A stretch of DNA of 63,973 nt, the filler included, from Octopus bimaculoides (lineage: Eukaryota): the NCBI RefSeq assembly GCF_001194135.2. It is 4 parts of 3 records of this genome, joined end to end, with 100 filler letters (N's around TTAATTAATTAA, not from the genome) between each part and the next. Parts side by side here need not be neighbours in the genome. Positions count along the whole stretch, not along the records: positions 22,980 to 40,258 come from NC_068995.1; positions 40,359 to 63,973 come from NC_068984.1; 2 more parts are not named here. One strand, given 5' to 3'. This document shows, in pieces, positions 39,863-50,460 of the stretch. The number at the start of each line of letters is the position of its first letter. The first letter of the stretch is position 1. Under the pieces are notes generated by a model. It was not told where the DNA came from and searched no databases. It saw only the letters and a program-made list of their open reading frames with translations. Made by a program: the position numbers and the translations under genes.

Positions 39863-40258
39863 GCATAAATCCATGCAAATATATTTATATATACATGTAT
39901 GTGTCTGTATACATATCAGGGTCCGATAACAGCGCAGATGTCCGAAACTTCGGAGTCACTTTCCATAATATGCATCTTAAAGAATTATTCCGGTGCATAT
40001 CTAACGTGCGTTCCTCTATATACAAAGATATTATTAAAACTTCATATATACACTAGGCTACAATTCAAACAGAACACGCTGGTAACCATTGGAGCATTCA
40101 AAAACGCACACCAACACGCCCACACACGTGTTTGTATGCGTGCTTGTATATGTATGTGTGTGTGTACATTTGTAAATGTATTATATTTGTATGTACGTAT
40201 GTATATATATATATATATGAATATATATATATTTATATATATATATATATATATATAT

Positions 40259-40358
40259 NNNNNNNNNNNNNNNNNNNNNNNNNNNNNNNNNNNNNNNNNN
40301 NNTTAATTAATTAANNNNNNNNNNNNNNNNNNNNNNNNNNNNNNNNNNNNNNNNNNNN
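40259..40358. other. Artificial scaffold spacer
   Basis: 44 N + TTAATTAATTAA (40303-40314) + 44 N. Confidence 0.95.
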
Positions 40359-40668
40359 AATTAACGTGCAAGTGGCTGAGCACTCCACAGACACGTGTAC
40401 CCTTAACGTAGTTCTCGGGGATATTCAGCGTGACACAGTGTGACAAGGCTGACCCTTTGAATTACAGGCACAACAGAAACAGGAAGAAAGAGTGAGAGAA
40501 AGTTGTGGTGGAAGAGTACAGCAGGGTTCGCCACCACCCCCCGCCGGAGCCTCGTGGAGTTTTAGGTGTTTTCGCTCAATAAACACTCACAACGCCCGGT
40601 CTGGGAATCGAAACCGCGATCCTATGACCGCGAGTCCGCTGCCCTAACCACTGGGCCATTGCGCCTCC
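40359..40668 (-). mobile_element. Young tRNA-derived SINE, family C (3' end lost in gap)
   Basis: A box TGGCCCAGTGG and B-box-like GTTTCGATTCC. About 95% identical by eye to 46307-46673. Confidence 0.9.
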
Positions 40669-41276
40669 CGCACACACGCATACACACACATAAACAAGCA
40701 GACAGACAGACAGATAGATAGATACAAACGTATCTGGATGCTTGCACACAATCATAAATTATTATTACCAAACATTCCTTGACATATACACGTACACCCA
40801 TACAAGGCAACAGCACTTGAGGAGTATCGCATTTACCCATCCATAATAAAAATAATAAAAAAAATGCACTGCCAAGTCAATAGCTGTGTCATAAATTCTT
40901 ATATCTAAAGCCAGGAAAGGTTTCATCATCGTCATTGGTTGGCCTGTACTTATAAACGACTTGTATCAATTGATTATTGGTTGGATTACTATGGATCAAT
41001 ATTGAACATTTCGTTATAAGCTTAGGCATTGTTTGATATTTTGAAATATCTGATTATATATCATTTTTGTCAGTGTTACGATTTTCCGTTCTTCTTTCCC
41101 CCCTCTACCTATGAATATATTTGAATAAATGTGCTTCTTGTTGGTATTGCATTTTAATATTTATAATCTCTACCGGCCATTTTCGCGACTCTGCTTCATT
41201 ATTATGCGTTGTCAAACGTCCAAACTTGCCGTATCGACTTGCCACTTACCAGAAAGTCTTCTGATAGAAAAGTAGA

Positions 41277-41341
<65 letters not shown>

Positions 41342-41783
41342 TTATCTATTTCTTACCTTCCTAGTTACCTCTTAGTAGTTCTTACCTCCCTAGTGCTTTG
41401 TCTCCTCTTCACTCTCTCCCCCTCTCCTTCTCTCTCCTTTACACTCATCTTTTCTCTCCCCGCCTATTTCCACCTTTACTCTGAACATCTCGCCCTGTCA
41501 ACCCTCTCTCTGCTTTCATCTCTACTTTTCCTTCACTTTCTCTTCCTCTCTCTCCTTCATTTCCGCTCCCTCGAACCCTCTATTTCCTTCTCTCTCCTTC
41601 TTTCTCTCCCTCTCCCCCATTCACTTTTCCTCCCATTTCCTTCATTCTCTCCCTCTCTTTCTCCCTTCCTTTCTTTCCTTTACTCTCTACTTATTCATCT
41701 CTTTTTTCTTTCCCTTTCTCTCTCTCTCTCTCTCTTCATCTCACTCTTTCACCCTTCTCTCACCTTCATTCTCTCTTTCCCCA

Positions 41784-41818
<35 letters not shown>

Positions 41819-41860
41819 CTTTTTCTTTCTCTCTTTCGTTCACTCTCTCCCTGTCTCTTC
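41277..41860. repeat. ~580-bp polypyrimidine/(CT)n-rich tract
   Basis: Almost exclusively C/T on the plus strand. Confidence 0.9.
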
Positions 41861-42534
41861 ATAGTAAATTCTACGGCATTTTTAGCTTAACGTGAAATAT
41901 TAATTAAAGTATGCCTTACCTTAAACTACACTTTAAGTTATTCAAAAATTACTGTAAATTGCATTATGAATGAATGAATTAATCCATTTTGTTAGCGCAT
42001 GCACTGTCTTGCAAAATTATACTGACCAGTTTAGCTGAGTGCCAGCTTATATATCCTATAAATAGCAATAAGCTCATTAATCTCTTTATGAAAAAAGAAA
42101 ACAGCAGAAGAAACACAACGTGCGCAACGTAAAACATTCAAAAATCAACATACAGAACGTAGAATATTCAACAAGCAGCAGAACACAGAATAAACCACCC
42201 ACGTCTCTCAGTGTAAAATATATTTGTCAACACATGCTTTCTGGCCAGACAGAAGAGTTCTTATGCTTGGCTTGATACTATGGAAACAAGCACTTATATG
42301 TATGTGGATTTCGATTGACTAAAATTAACAAAATTTGCAAAATTTAAAGGCTATGAACTCTTTATTTTTTAATTTCTGGTGAAAATGAATTTCATGTCAA
42401 TGATTACCATACAAAACTACACCAATACACCAAATATGAAAACATTTGGAACAAAAATCGAAGAAATTGAAAAGGGGCAACCAAACAGAAAAGATCCGGG
42501 GGTCTCAGTCCATGCAGATCTGCGTTCTGAAAGT

Positions 42535-42940
42535 TTAGACATACTTCAAACCAGGCGAAACGAAACGCCCCGAAAGTGAACCAAAACGGTGGATATCGAT
42601 ATTTCACTGTCATTTCTGCTCATCGGCACTACAGATCGAGGTCACTGTGAAACGAATTCGAATCGCTGGGCTGAGGCATGTATACGGTAAGGTTTACGTT
42701 ATTGGAAGGGCTTCTTATTCAAAATTTAATTTTGTTTTACTTGTGCGGCTTTGTTACACATCAGCAGATACATTTCACGCTATCTGCACATGTACTTCAG
42801 ATCAGCAATTCGAATTTGTTTCGAAGTGACACAAGTATACGGTGACGATGAGGTGACATAATAGTGAAATCAATAACCACCATTTTCATTCACCTTTGGG
42901 GCGATTCGTTTCGTCTGGTTTTGAGTTATCCAGGGTATTT
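42535..42940. mobile_element. Old fold-back element / MITE with degenerate ~140-bp arms
   Basis: The reverse complement of about 42540-42680 aligns to about 42790-42935 (CCACC.TTTT..TTCAC.TT.GGGGCG.TTCGTTTCG.CTGGTTT), roughly 70-78% by eye. Confidence 0.6.
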
Positions 42941-43044
42941 TAACACTGGACATCGCGAAGAGATTTCCTCTGGACGAAATCTCGCAGCTAATAAGTGCAT
43001 ATACAAAATACATACATTAGGTATGTGACATTGATAATGTTTAC

Positions 43045-43047
<3 letters not shown>

Positions 43048-43110
<63 letters not shown>
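43048..43110. repeat. (TATC)n microsatellite
   Basis: Direct reading; near the 3' end of HHR element copy 1. Confidence 0.97.
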
Positions 43111-43125
43111 GATATGTATATGTTT

Positions 43126-43530
43126 ATATATAACGATGACCACTAAAGTGGACATTTAATGTGCTAGAAGATCACATGTTGTGTCTACTAAGACCTAATA
43201 GTTCTCAAAAGAAATTCAGCGAAATACCAAACCGTATGCGGGCAAGACAGTGAAAATTACATAAATAAAATTAAAACATTGTTATTCGTGTACTAGTTTC
43301 GGAATTAACATTCTCTTACCGAGAATATCTGTCCCTCTTCAGCACGAACTGCAAGGAAATTATAATTTTCAGAATCTTATACAAGTTGTTCATCCCAAGA
43401 GGCGAACGTGTATATGGTTCTGCTAATTACAACGTAATGGTAAAGATCAAATGTCTTAGTTTTGGCGCGCTAATTCCGGAAATATCTCTGCAGAAAATGG
43501 TTACTGCGTAGCATATATCCAATTTGAGAA
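43126..43530 (-). mobile_element. ~400-bp HHR-bearing dispersed element, copy 1 (PLE pseudo-LTR-like or retrozyme-like)
   Basis: Collinear end to end with 60021-60422, from TTCTCA..TGGATATATGC..GGAATTAGCGCGCCAAAAC through the HHR to ..GTCCAC.TTAGTGGTCA.CGT.ATATA. Roughly 75-80% identity by eye. Confidence 0.8.
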
Positions 43531-43596
43531 CTTGGGGACAGATATTCTCGGTAAGAGAATGTTAATTCCGAAACTAGTACACGAATAACAATGTTT
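43274..43596. repeat. Perfect 62-bp inverted repeat (43274-43335 / 43535-43596) with 199-bp spacer
   Basis: AAACATTGTTATTCGTGTACTAGTTTCGGAATTAACATTCTCTTACCGAGAATATCTGTCCC and its exact reverse complement. Confidence 0.95.
43285..43348 (-). ncRNA. Minimal type I hammerhead ribozyme, well formed
   Basis: Minus strand reads UUCGUG-CUGAAGA-[GGGAC..GAUAUUCUC GGUAA GAGAAUGUU..UUCC]-GAAA-CUAG-UA-CACGAA. It has the core CUGANGA/GAAA, a perfect 6-bp stem I, a long stem II hairpin, a palindromic stem III (ACUAGU) and a GUA cleavage triplet. Confidence 0.85.
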
Positions 43597-44249
43597 ATTG
43601 TTATGCAGTTTTAGCTGATCTTGTTGAGTAAATTTGACTTTTATGGGCTGGTAAATTTAATTAACAGGTGTAAAAGCAATAACACTATGGATAAACACTA
43701 AAATTGAAATTCTTAATGCATCTTGTTTGATTTGCTACTAAAATTATCCCAGATGGCAACCGATAAAAATTTTGCCACTTTTCAAGACGAGATATATTAA
43801 TTTGAATTAATTAACACACAGGTATAATCGGTATAAGATTTTATTCTTTTGGTAATTATTTCGTATCTCGGTGTGGAATAATTTTTGCCACAATTTCTTT
43901 CAGGACATTCAAGGTGGATGGGGTGGTGGGGACCTCGAAGTTTCCCATCAAGCACGTTTTGTTTCACTGGTCTTTTTCTTTTCCATGTTATTTTGCATGG
44001 TTCCAACGAATGTGACATCGAAATCACGCGTAAACGGCTCCTTATTCCAGAAAAGGAAAGATTTGGGTGCTATTTCTAACATTTCTTGTGATCACGTAAC
44101 AGCTATTTGCGTTCACACCGAAATATTTACCAATTTTTTTCCTTCCATTTATTTTTTCCACTTTATCGAAGTCAATATTTTCTCTGTTGACATCCGCATC
44201 AGGTAATTTTGTTTTTCTTCAGTTTTGTACTTTCTAGAAGAAAAGCCCT

Positions 44250-44361
44250 CACATTATCTCAAAGCTATGAGAATTCACTAACGTGATTTATTTTGTTTTA
44301 AAGATTTCGTAGAGGAATTAGATATAACGGGTTTTGGCCGGTTTAAATACTAAAGGGTTAA
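44250..44361. mobile_element. piggyBac-like MITE end
   Basis: Ends GGCCGGTTTAAATACTAAAGGG-TTAA, i.e. TTAA-CCCTTT on the minus strand, a piggyBac-type terminus. The partner end is not found. Confidence 0.4.
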
Positions 44362-44379
44362 CTACTAAAGGCCAAAACT

Positions 44380-45085
44380 ATAAAATCAGCTTTTTTTACC
44401 TTTTTGAGGGTTTTAGAACCCCAAAACTATAGCTTTTTTTGCTTTCTTTAGATATTTACATAATTTAATTTTTTCTCTTCTTCTTCATTTTGTTGATGAG
44501 ATTTATGTTGCACTTCATGAAAATTAACATAAAATTTTTATCAGACAAGGACGATCTCTTGGGACTCAAGATTCCTTGCTCATGGGAAAAAAAAACGTTC
44601 AATTGCAGCACTGGAAGGTACGGTTGTGTTGAACTTGATGGACAAGTCCACCAACACTTGCTCACTCAAGAAGGCAGCATATGTTAGTAGATCTTTGGAG
44701 TTGGTCTCCAACCAGGTCTTTACTAAAATCTTGGCTTCCTCAGACTGCTGCCTCATGACCTCTTCGACCTTATCCTCCATGCTTCTCTTCACCTTGGTGA
44801 ATTTGGTGCTATCATACCTATACAACCAGTTGAGGTGAAACCTGGGGTGGAAGGCAGCAGCCAGTTGGCATTCTTCATCATCAGGAGGGTCGCAAATCTT
44901 TTTTCGATGCCTGCTAAATCCACGTCGACCAAGGGGCCAAAACTGCGTCGACCATGGGGCTGCAGTAGACGAGTTTTGGGTTAACGGACTTAAGTTAACG
45001 TAAGCGAAATGTAACGGAAGTTAATGAGTCCGGTAATGATTTTCAGACTTAACTTAAAAGTTAAGTCGTTAACGAAAATTTTAAC
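44380..45085 (-). mobile_element. Internally deleted hAT transposon remnant (C-terminal dimerisation domain)
   Basis: Minus strand with frameshifts reads GIEKRF..ECQLAAAFHPRF..LSIKFNTTVPSSAAIERFF..PKRSSLSDKNF. Clustered TAACG/GTTAA subterminal motifs at 44981-45088. TIRs not identified. Confidence 0.75.
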
Positions 45086-45089
45086 AGCG

Positions 45090-45155
<66 letters not shown>

Positions 45156-45512
45156 ATATGTGTGTGTGTGTGTGTGTTCGTATCTGTGAAGCTGTGTGAG
45201 GTGGCTGTGTCTGTGGATATGATGTGGATTTCATTCCACAATAATACGATATTAGCTGGTGGACATGTTATTTGAATATTTCCTAATCTACACAAAGGCT
45301 GTTGATTAGTTTTGTAATTGCTTTGACAAGAACTTGCAATTAGGTGAAAACGTGTTTTGTAATTGACAGCCGGTTGTTCAGAAGCCTTAGTGTCAAACTA
45401 CTTCCTAAAGATGTCATTAACAAAACAACGTCATACCCCGCTAGGTATAGTTTCATTGAATTCATTAACTGATATTCATTAATTATAGGATCATTTATTA
45501 TTTGCATTCGTC

Positions 45513-46290
45513 AGGGCGGTGGATTGGCAAAATTGATAGAGCGTGGGAGTTGGGCGAGTCCTTTGCGGTAATGTTTTACGACTCTTTACGTTCTGAGTTC
45601 AAATCTCGCCGAGCTCAACTTTGCTTTACATCCTTTCGGGTGTCGATAAAGCGAACTAGTGGACTTGATGCTATCGATTTGCCCCTTCCCTCAAAATGTC
45701 TAGTCTTGTGCCAAAATTAGGGGATTCTTTGCATTCGACATGACGGTAGATTGACAGAATTGTTAGAACGTCGGAAAAAATGTACTTTGCGGTATTTCTT
45801 CTGGTTCTTGATGTTTTGTGTTCAAATTCCGCCAAAGTCTACTTTTCATCTTTCCGGGGCTTCATGAAATAAACTACAAGTAAAATACTAAAGTTGATGG
45901 TATCGACTGCCCCACCCTCTCTCTTGAAAATTACTGACTTTGCTCGTGAATTATAAGCCCTTAATTGCATCAGATGGTTGTTGCATTGTACTCGATTTAA
46001 ATTCCGTAGGTTTTTCACATTCCGTCACCGGAAAAGGAAACAATTAATTATAGTTAATTGTAATGGTACAGATGAATCCGATGACGCAGAATATATTCAT
46101 ATTATTGCGTTCAAATTTCAACACAAAGCCAGAAATTTCGGAGAGTGTTCAACTGGTATTTATTTAAAGACCCCGAAAGGATGAAATGTGAAATCGACCT
46201 CGGCCGAATTTATACTCAAAACGTAAAGACGGATGAAATGCCGCTAAATATTTTGTCTGCCGTGCCAGCGATTCTGCCTGCTCGCACACC
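45513..46290. mobile_element. Three SINE family B copies: plus 45513-45720, plus 45742-45960, minus 46112-46290
   Basis: GTTCAAAT..CGCC....CT.CTTT..CATC.TT.CGGG blocks in two direct copies and one inverted copy. Confidence 0.75.
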
Positions 46291-46306
46291 TTAGTTNNNN
46301 NNNNNN

Positions 46307-46673
46307 TTACAACGTCGAGGGTTCCAGTTGATCCGATCAACGGAACAGCCTGCTCGTGAAATTAACGTGCAAGTGGCTGATCACTTCACAGACACGTGTA
46401 CCCTTAACGTACTTCTCGGGGATATTCAGCGTTACACAGTGTGACAAGGCTGACCCTTTGAATTACAGGCACAACAGAAACAGGAAGTAAGAGTGAGAGA
46501 AAGTTGTGGTGAAAGAGTACAGCAGGGTTCACCACCATCCCCTGCCGGAGCCTCGTCGAGCTTTTAGGTGTTTTCGCTCAATAAACACTCACAACGCCCG
46601 GTCTGGGAATCGAAACCGCGATCCTATGACCGCGAGTCCGCTTCCCTAACCACTGGGCCATTGCGCCTCCACT
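46307..46673 (-). mobile_element. Young SINE, family C
   Basis: Nearly identical to 40359-40668 and 54569-54950. Confidence 0.9.
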
Positions 46674-46722
46674 GACGGGTGTCGATGTAGTACTTATAAT
46701 AAGACATAGTCGGTTAGTCAGA

Positions 46723-47053
46723 TTGGCACTATGTCGGTTACGACGACAAGAGTTACAGTTGATCCAATCGACGGAACACCCTATTTATGAAATTAACGTG
46801 TGAGTGGCTGAGCACTCCATAAACTCGCACACCTTAATGTAATTGTAGTTTTTAGGGAGATTCAGCGTGACACAGGATGTGACAAAGCTGGCCCTTGGAA
46901 ATACAGGTACTACTCATTTTTACCAGCTGAGTGGACTGGAGCAATGTAAAATAAAGTGTCTTGCTCAAGGATACAACGTACCGCCGGGTGTCGAACTCAC
47001 TACCTGAGGATCGTGAGCCGAAAACCCCTGACCACTCAGCCACGCGCCTTCAC
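46723..47053 (-). mobile_element. tRNA-derived SINE with CORE-like centre and family-C-type tail (family D)
   Basis: Minus strand centre TCCTTGAGCAAGACACTTTATTT..GCTCCAGTCCACTCAGCTGG. The tail GTGTCACGCTGAATCTCC..GTGCTCAGCCAC..TTAATTTCA is shared with family C. Confidence 0.8.
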
Positions 47054-47530
47054 GATTTTTCAGGCACAATGAAAGGAAACGAAATAATTTAAAGGACCGG
47101 AACTAGAACCGGACCTAACTTGTTTGGACATTCACCTTCAGATGAATACAAACGAAGTTTCTGATTTGTGTTAACACGAAATGAGAATTAAAACAGCCTG
47201 AAATTTTGAATATAGTGTAATTGTTTGTTTGCTGCTGCTGCTGTTGTTGTTATAATGCTGATGATGATGATGATGGTAACAGTAGTGCTTGTGGCGGCTG
47301 CGATAGTGGTGGTGTTGTAGCAGCGATGATCACGGTGTCATTGTCGTTGTTGCTGCTGCTGACAGTAGTGGTGGCGATTGTGATGGCGGTAGTGTCAGCG
47401 ACAACAGTGTGGTAGTCGTTGTTGTTGTTGCTACTGTTGCTGGCGATGGTGGTGGTAATAGCTGTCGTTCAGCTTTAAGTCAACTTTGCTGACCGAGTAA
47501 ACCTATAATCACAAGTGTTCCAGTCGGGAG

Positions 47531-47868
47531 TATAAAAAAAAGGTAAAGACTCCCTTCGGTCATGAGTGGCCATGGAATTGCACCTAGCTCGCCTCCGAGG
47601 GATAAGTCCGAGCAAGGTTGTTTGTGATAGTCGTCCATGCATACCATGCCACCCCTCTCCACACCATTGATGTTGTCCACAGGAAAGGCAAAGGCCGATA
47701 CAACCTGGCACCAGTGATGCCGCAACTCAGTTCTGAAACTGAGTGAACTGAAGCTACGCGAAATAAGGTATTTTGCTCAAGAATACAACACAGTCAGGTC
47801 CAAGAATCGAACTCACAACCTCACGATTGTAAGCCCGACGCTCTAACCACTGAGCCGTGTGCCTTCAC
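47531..47868 (-). mobile_element. CORE-like SINE, family F
   Basis: Head ..GAATCGAACTCAC..CTCTAACCACTGAGCC..GCCTTCAC, centre TTGCTCAAGAATACAAC, tail GGAAAGGCAAAGG..GGATTGCACCTAG shared with 62768-63090. Confidence 0.75.
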
Positions 47869-48066
47869 CACTTTGATATCTAATGTGTTCTTATTTGAGA
47901 CAAGGAGATTGTGTAGCTGCTTCTTTCACGTTCAACGGCCACATAACGGCTACTTGAACTGGAGTTAAGAGGGAATATATTTGTTAACAGCAATATGTGG
48001 ATCTCCAATAAGAGGGGAGATAAATGGTGATTGAACGGCGGTACATTTTAAATAGCATGTATAACT

Positions 48067-48438
48067 GGAACGTGGCTGTGTGGTAAGAAGTTTGCTTCCT
48101 AACCATAAGGCCCCAGGTTCATTTCCACTGTATGGCATCTTGGACAAATGTCTTCTACTTTAAACTCAAGCCGATCAAAGAGACTTGTGAGTAGATTTGG
48201 TAGACGGAAACTGAAAGGAACTCGTCGTGTATAAATATATATATNNNNNNNNNNNNNNNNNNNNNNNNNNNNNNNNNNNNNNNNNNNNNNNNNNNNNNNN
48301 NNNNNNNNNNNNNNNNNNNNNNNNNNNNNNNNNNNNNNNNNNNNNNNNTATATATATATATATATTGATGTGTGTGTGTGCGCGCGCGTATGTGCATGTT
48401 TTTGTCTGTGTTTGTCCCCCACCACCGCTTGACAAGTG
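48067..48438 (+). mobile_element. SINE family A, 3'-interrupted
   Basis: Head and body at 48067-48232, then a gap/microsatellite, then the tail start TGTTTGTCCCCC..GCTTGACAA. Confidence 0.8.
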
Positions 48439-48900
48439 GAACCAGCAAAGTTGCAGGGGCTGCCAGAAGATAGTTTGGATCATTCCTCCCCATTAACTGC
48501 CTTAGGGTCCCTCTCTCGGGATTTTCTGTTTGGGTTTACTCCCTTAGCCTTTCATACTCCTGTATGTGTCTACAAGGCAGCAAAAACAGCCGCAGGTTGT
48601 ACCATCTACTGTCATTCTGGTAGCAGCACTAGTCTGACCTGTAACCAATATCTACACCTGAAAGAGGTATCGTAAACGGCTTGTAAATTATGTTTGTAAT
48701 TAACACTAAAATATTTGCTACTTTAAGAACCCCTTCACAAGGTAACTCTTTGGAAACAACTACACTGTATGCAGACACGTAGGACTTCCTCTTTTTTATT
48801 TTTTTGTCTCTCGGTTGCTAAAGTAATAATGCTCTATGAAGAGAAAGGAAAAAATATCATAAAAATTTTCCACGAATTTCTTCCAGAATATAGGAACAAG

Positions 48901-49018
48901 AGTGGCTCTGTGAAATTTTGCTTCCAAAACCGGATAGTTCTGGGTTCATTCCCACAGCATGGGTCTCTTCTACTATAGCTTCGGGTCGACCAAAGCCTTG
49001 TAAGTGGATTTGGTAGAC
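48901..49018 (+). mobile_element. SINE family A 5' fragment
   Basis: TTGCTTCC..GGGTTCATTCCCAC..CTTCTACTATAGCTTCGGGTCGACCAAAGCCTTGTAAGTGGATTTGGTAGAC. Confidence 0.75.
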
Positions 49019-49377
49019 TTGTTTCAGTCATTGGACTGTGGTTTTAGTGAAATAAATCAACCCCAATACTTATTCTTTTAATGTCTGGTATTCATTCTAC
49101 TGGTATATTGCTGAACCGCTAAGTTAAGAGGAAATAAATAAACCAGCACCGGTTGTCAAGTGGTGCAGGAAAAAACACAAAGATACAATGCACACGTGCA
49201 CACATGTATATAGGAATGGCTTCCACACAGTTTCTGGCAACCAAATTCAATCACAAGGCATTAGTCGGCCCAATGTTATTGTAGAAGACACTTGACCAAG
49301 TTAGGCTGCAGTAGGACTGAACCTAAAAGTACGTGGTTACGAAGTGACCTTCTTAACCATATAGCCATGCCTGCACC
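49017..49377 (-). mobile_element. SINE family A, full length, inverted relative to its neighbours
   Basis: Tail ACTTGTTTCAGTCA at 49018 through to head ..ATAGCCATGCCTGCACC at 49377. Confidence 0.8.
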
Positions 49378-49520
49378 TTGGACATAGTAACCAGTAATCC
49401 TCATAATTTCAGTAGATTCCAGTACATGTCGTCAAAGCCTCGAACGGCTCATAGAGATAGAAGCTTATGACTCTAAGAGGATAAGAAAAAAATGCTAACT
49501 TAATATATGATCGCATTCTA

Positions 49521-50071
49521 CAGGGTTATTCAAAAAGAATGAACCGATTTCATTACGCAATATTTTAATAAGGAAAAGCAGTAAAAGACTCCAGCTAAGT
49601 CACAAGTATTTACTCACAATCAACTTTTATTTTCTGTCTTACAAGTGTTCAATATGGCCACCACCTTCAGCACGGACAACATCAATGCGATAAGAGAATT
49701 CCTCCCAGACACGTATCAGCATATCACGATCCACTTACTTGATCGCTGTTATTATTCGATGTTTAAGGTCATCGAGGTTAGTGGGTAGCGGTGGAACATA
49801 AACGCGATCTTTTACATATCCCCACAAGAAAAAATCACACAGAGTGAGGTCTGGGAATCTCGCAGCCCAAGCACAAAAAGCGTCTAGGAGGAATTCTCTT
49901 GTCGCATTGATGTTGCCCGCGCTGCAGGTGGTAGCCACATTGAACACTTGTAAAGACAGGAAATAAAAGTTGACTGTGAGTAAATACTTGTGACTTAGCT
50001 GGAGATTTCTATTGCTTTTACTTATTGAAATATTGCGTAATGAAATCAGTTCATTTTTTTCAATAACCCTG
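49521..50071 (-). mobile_element. Tc1/mariner fold-back derivative with ~190-bp inverted arms
   Basis: CAGGGTTATT..AATAACCCTG termini with TA on both flanks. The minus strand encodes PDLTLCDFFLWGYVKDRVY..RVWEEFSYRIDVVRAEGGGHIEHL*, and the right arm repeats EEFSCRIDVARAAGGSHIEHL* on the plus strand. Confidence 0.9.
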
Positions 50072-50332
50072 TATTATTGATGTTATTCCCGTAAGATCTG
50101 GTACATATTCTCGACTTTTTAACTTACTTAAGAATGAAGAATTAAATACGATATGACAGATACAGGAAAACTGATTACATAACCTGACAGAGAAGAATTT
50201 AATGATATGGCTTACGATCGTAGGTTTCAAGCCAAAACTGGAATTGGTAAAACCATAGCTCATTCTCCGTATAGTATTTGTTTGGCTGTCTTTAAAACCG
50301 TTCTGAATGACATTCACGTGTTTTGCTACTAA

Positions 50333-50460
<128 letters not shown>

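Noticed and set aside
40590-40668. SINE heads as tRNA genes (also 46600-46673, 54569-54640 and others)
   Set aside because: They lack a closing acceptor stem and run into repeat bodies, so they are tRNA-derived only.
43871-44206. Three overlapping open frames after an acceptor-like TTTCTTTCAG
   Set aside because: No recognisable domain and no way to choose a frame; it lies among transposon remnants.
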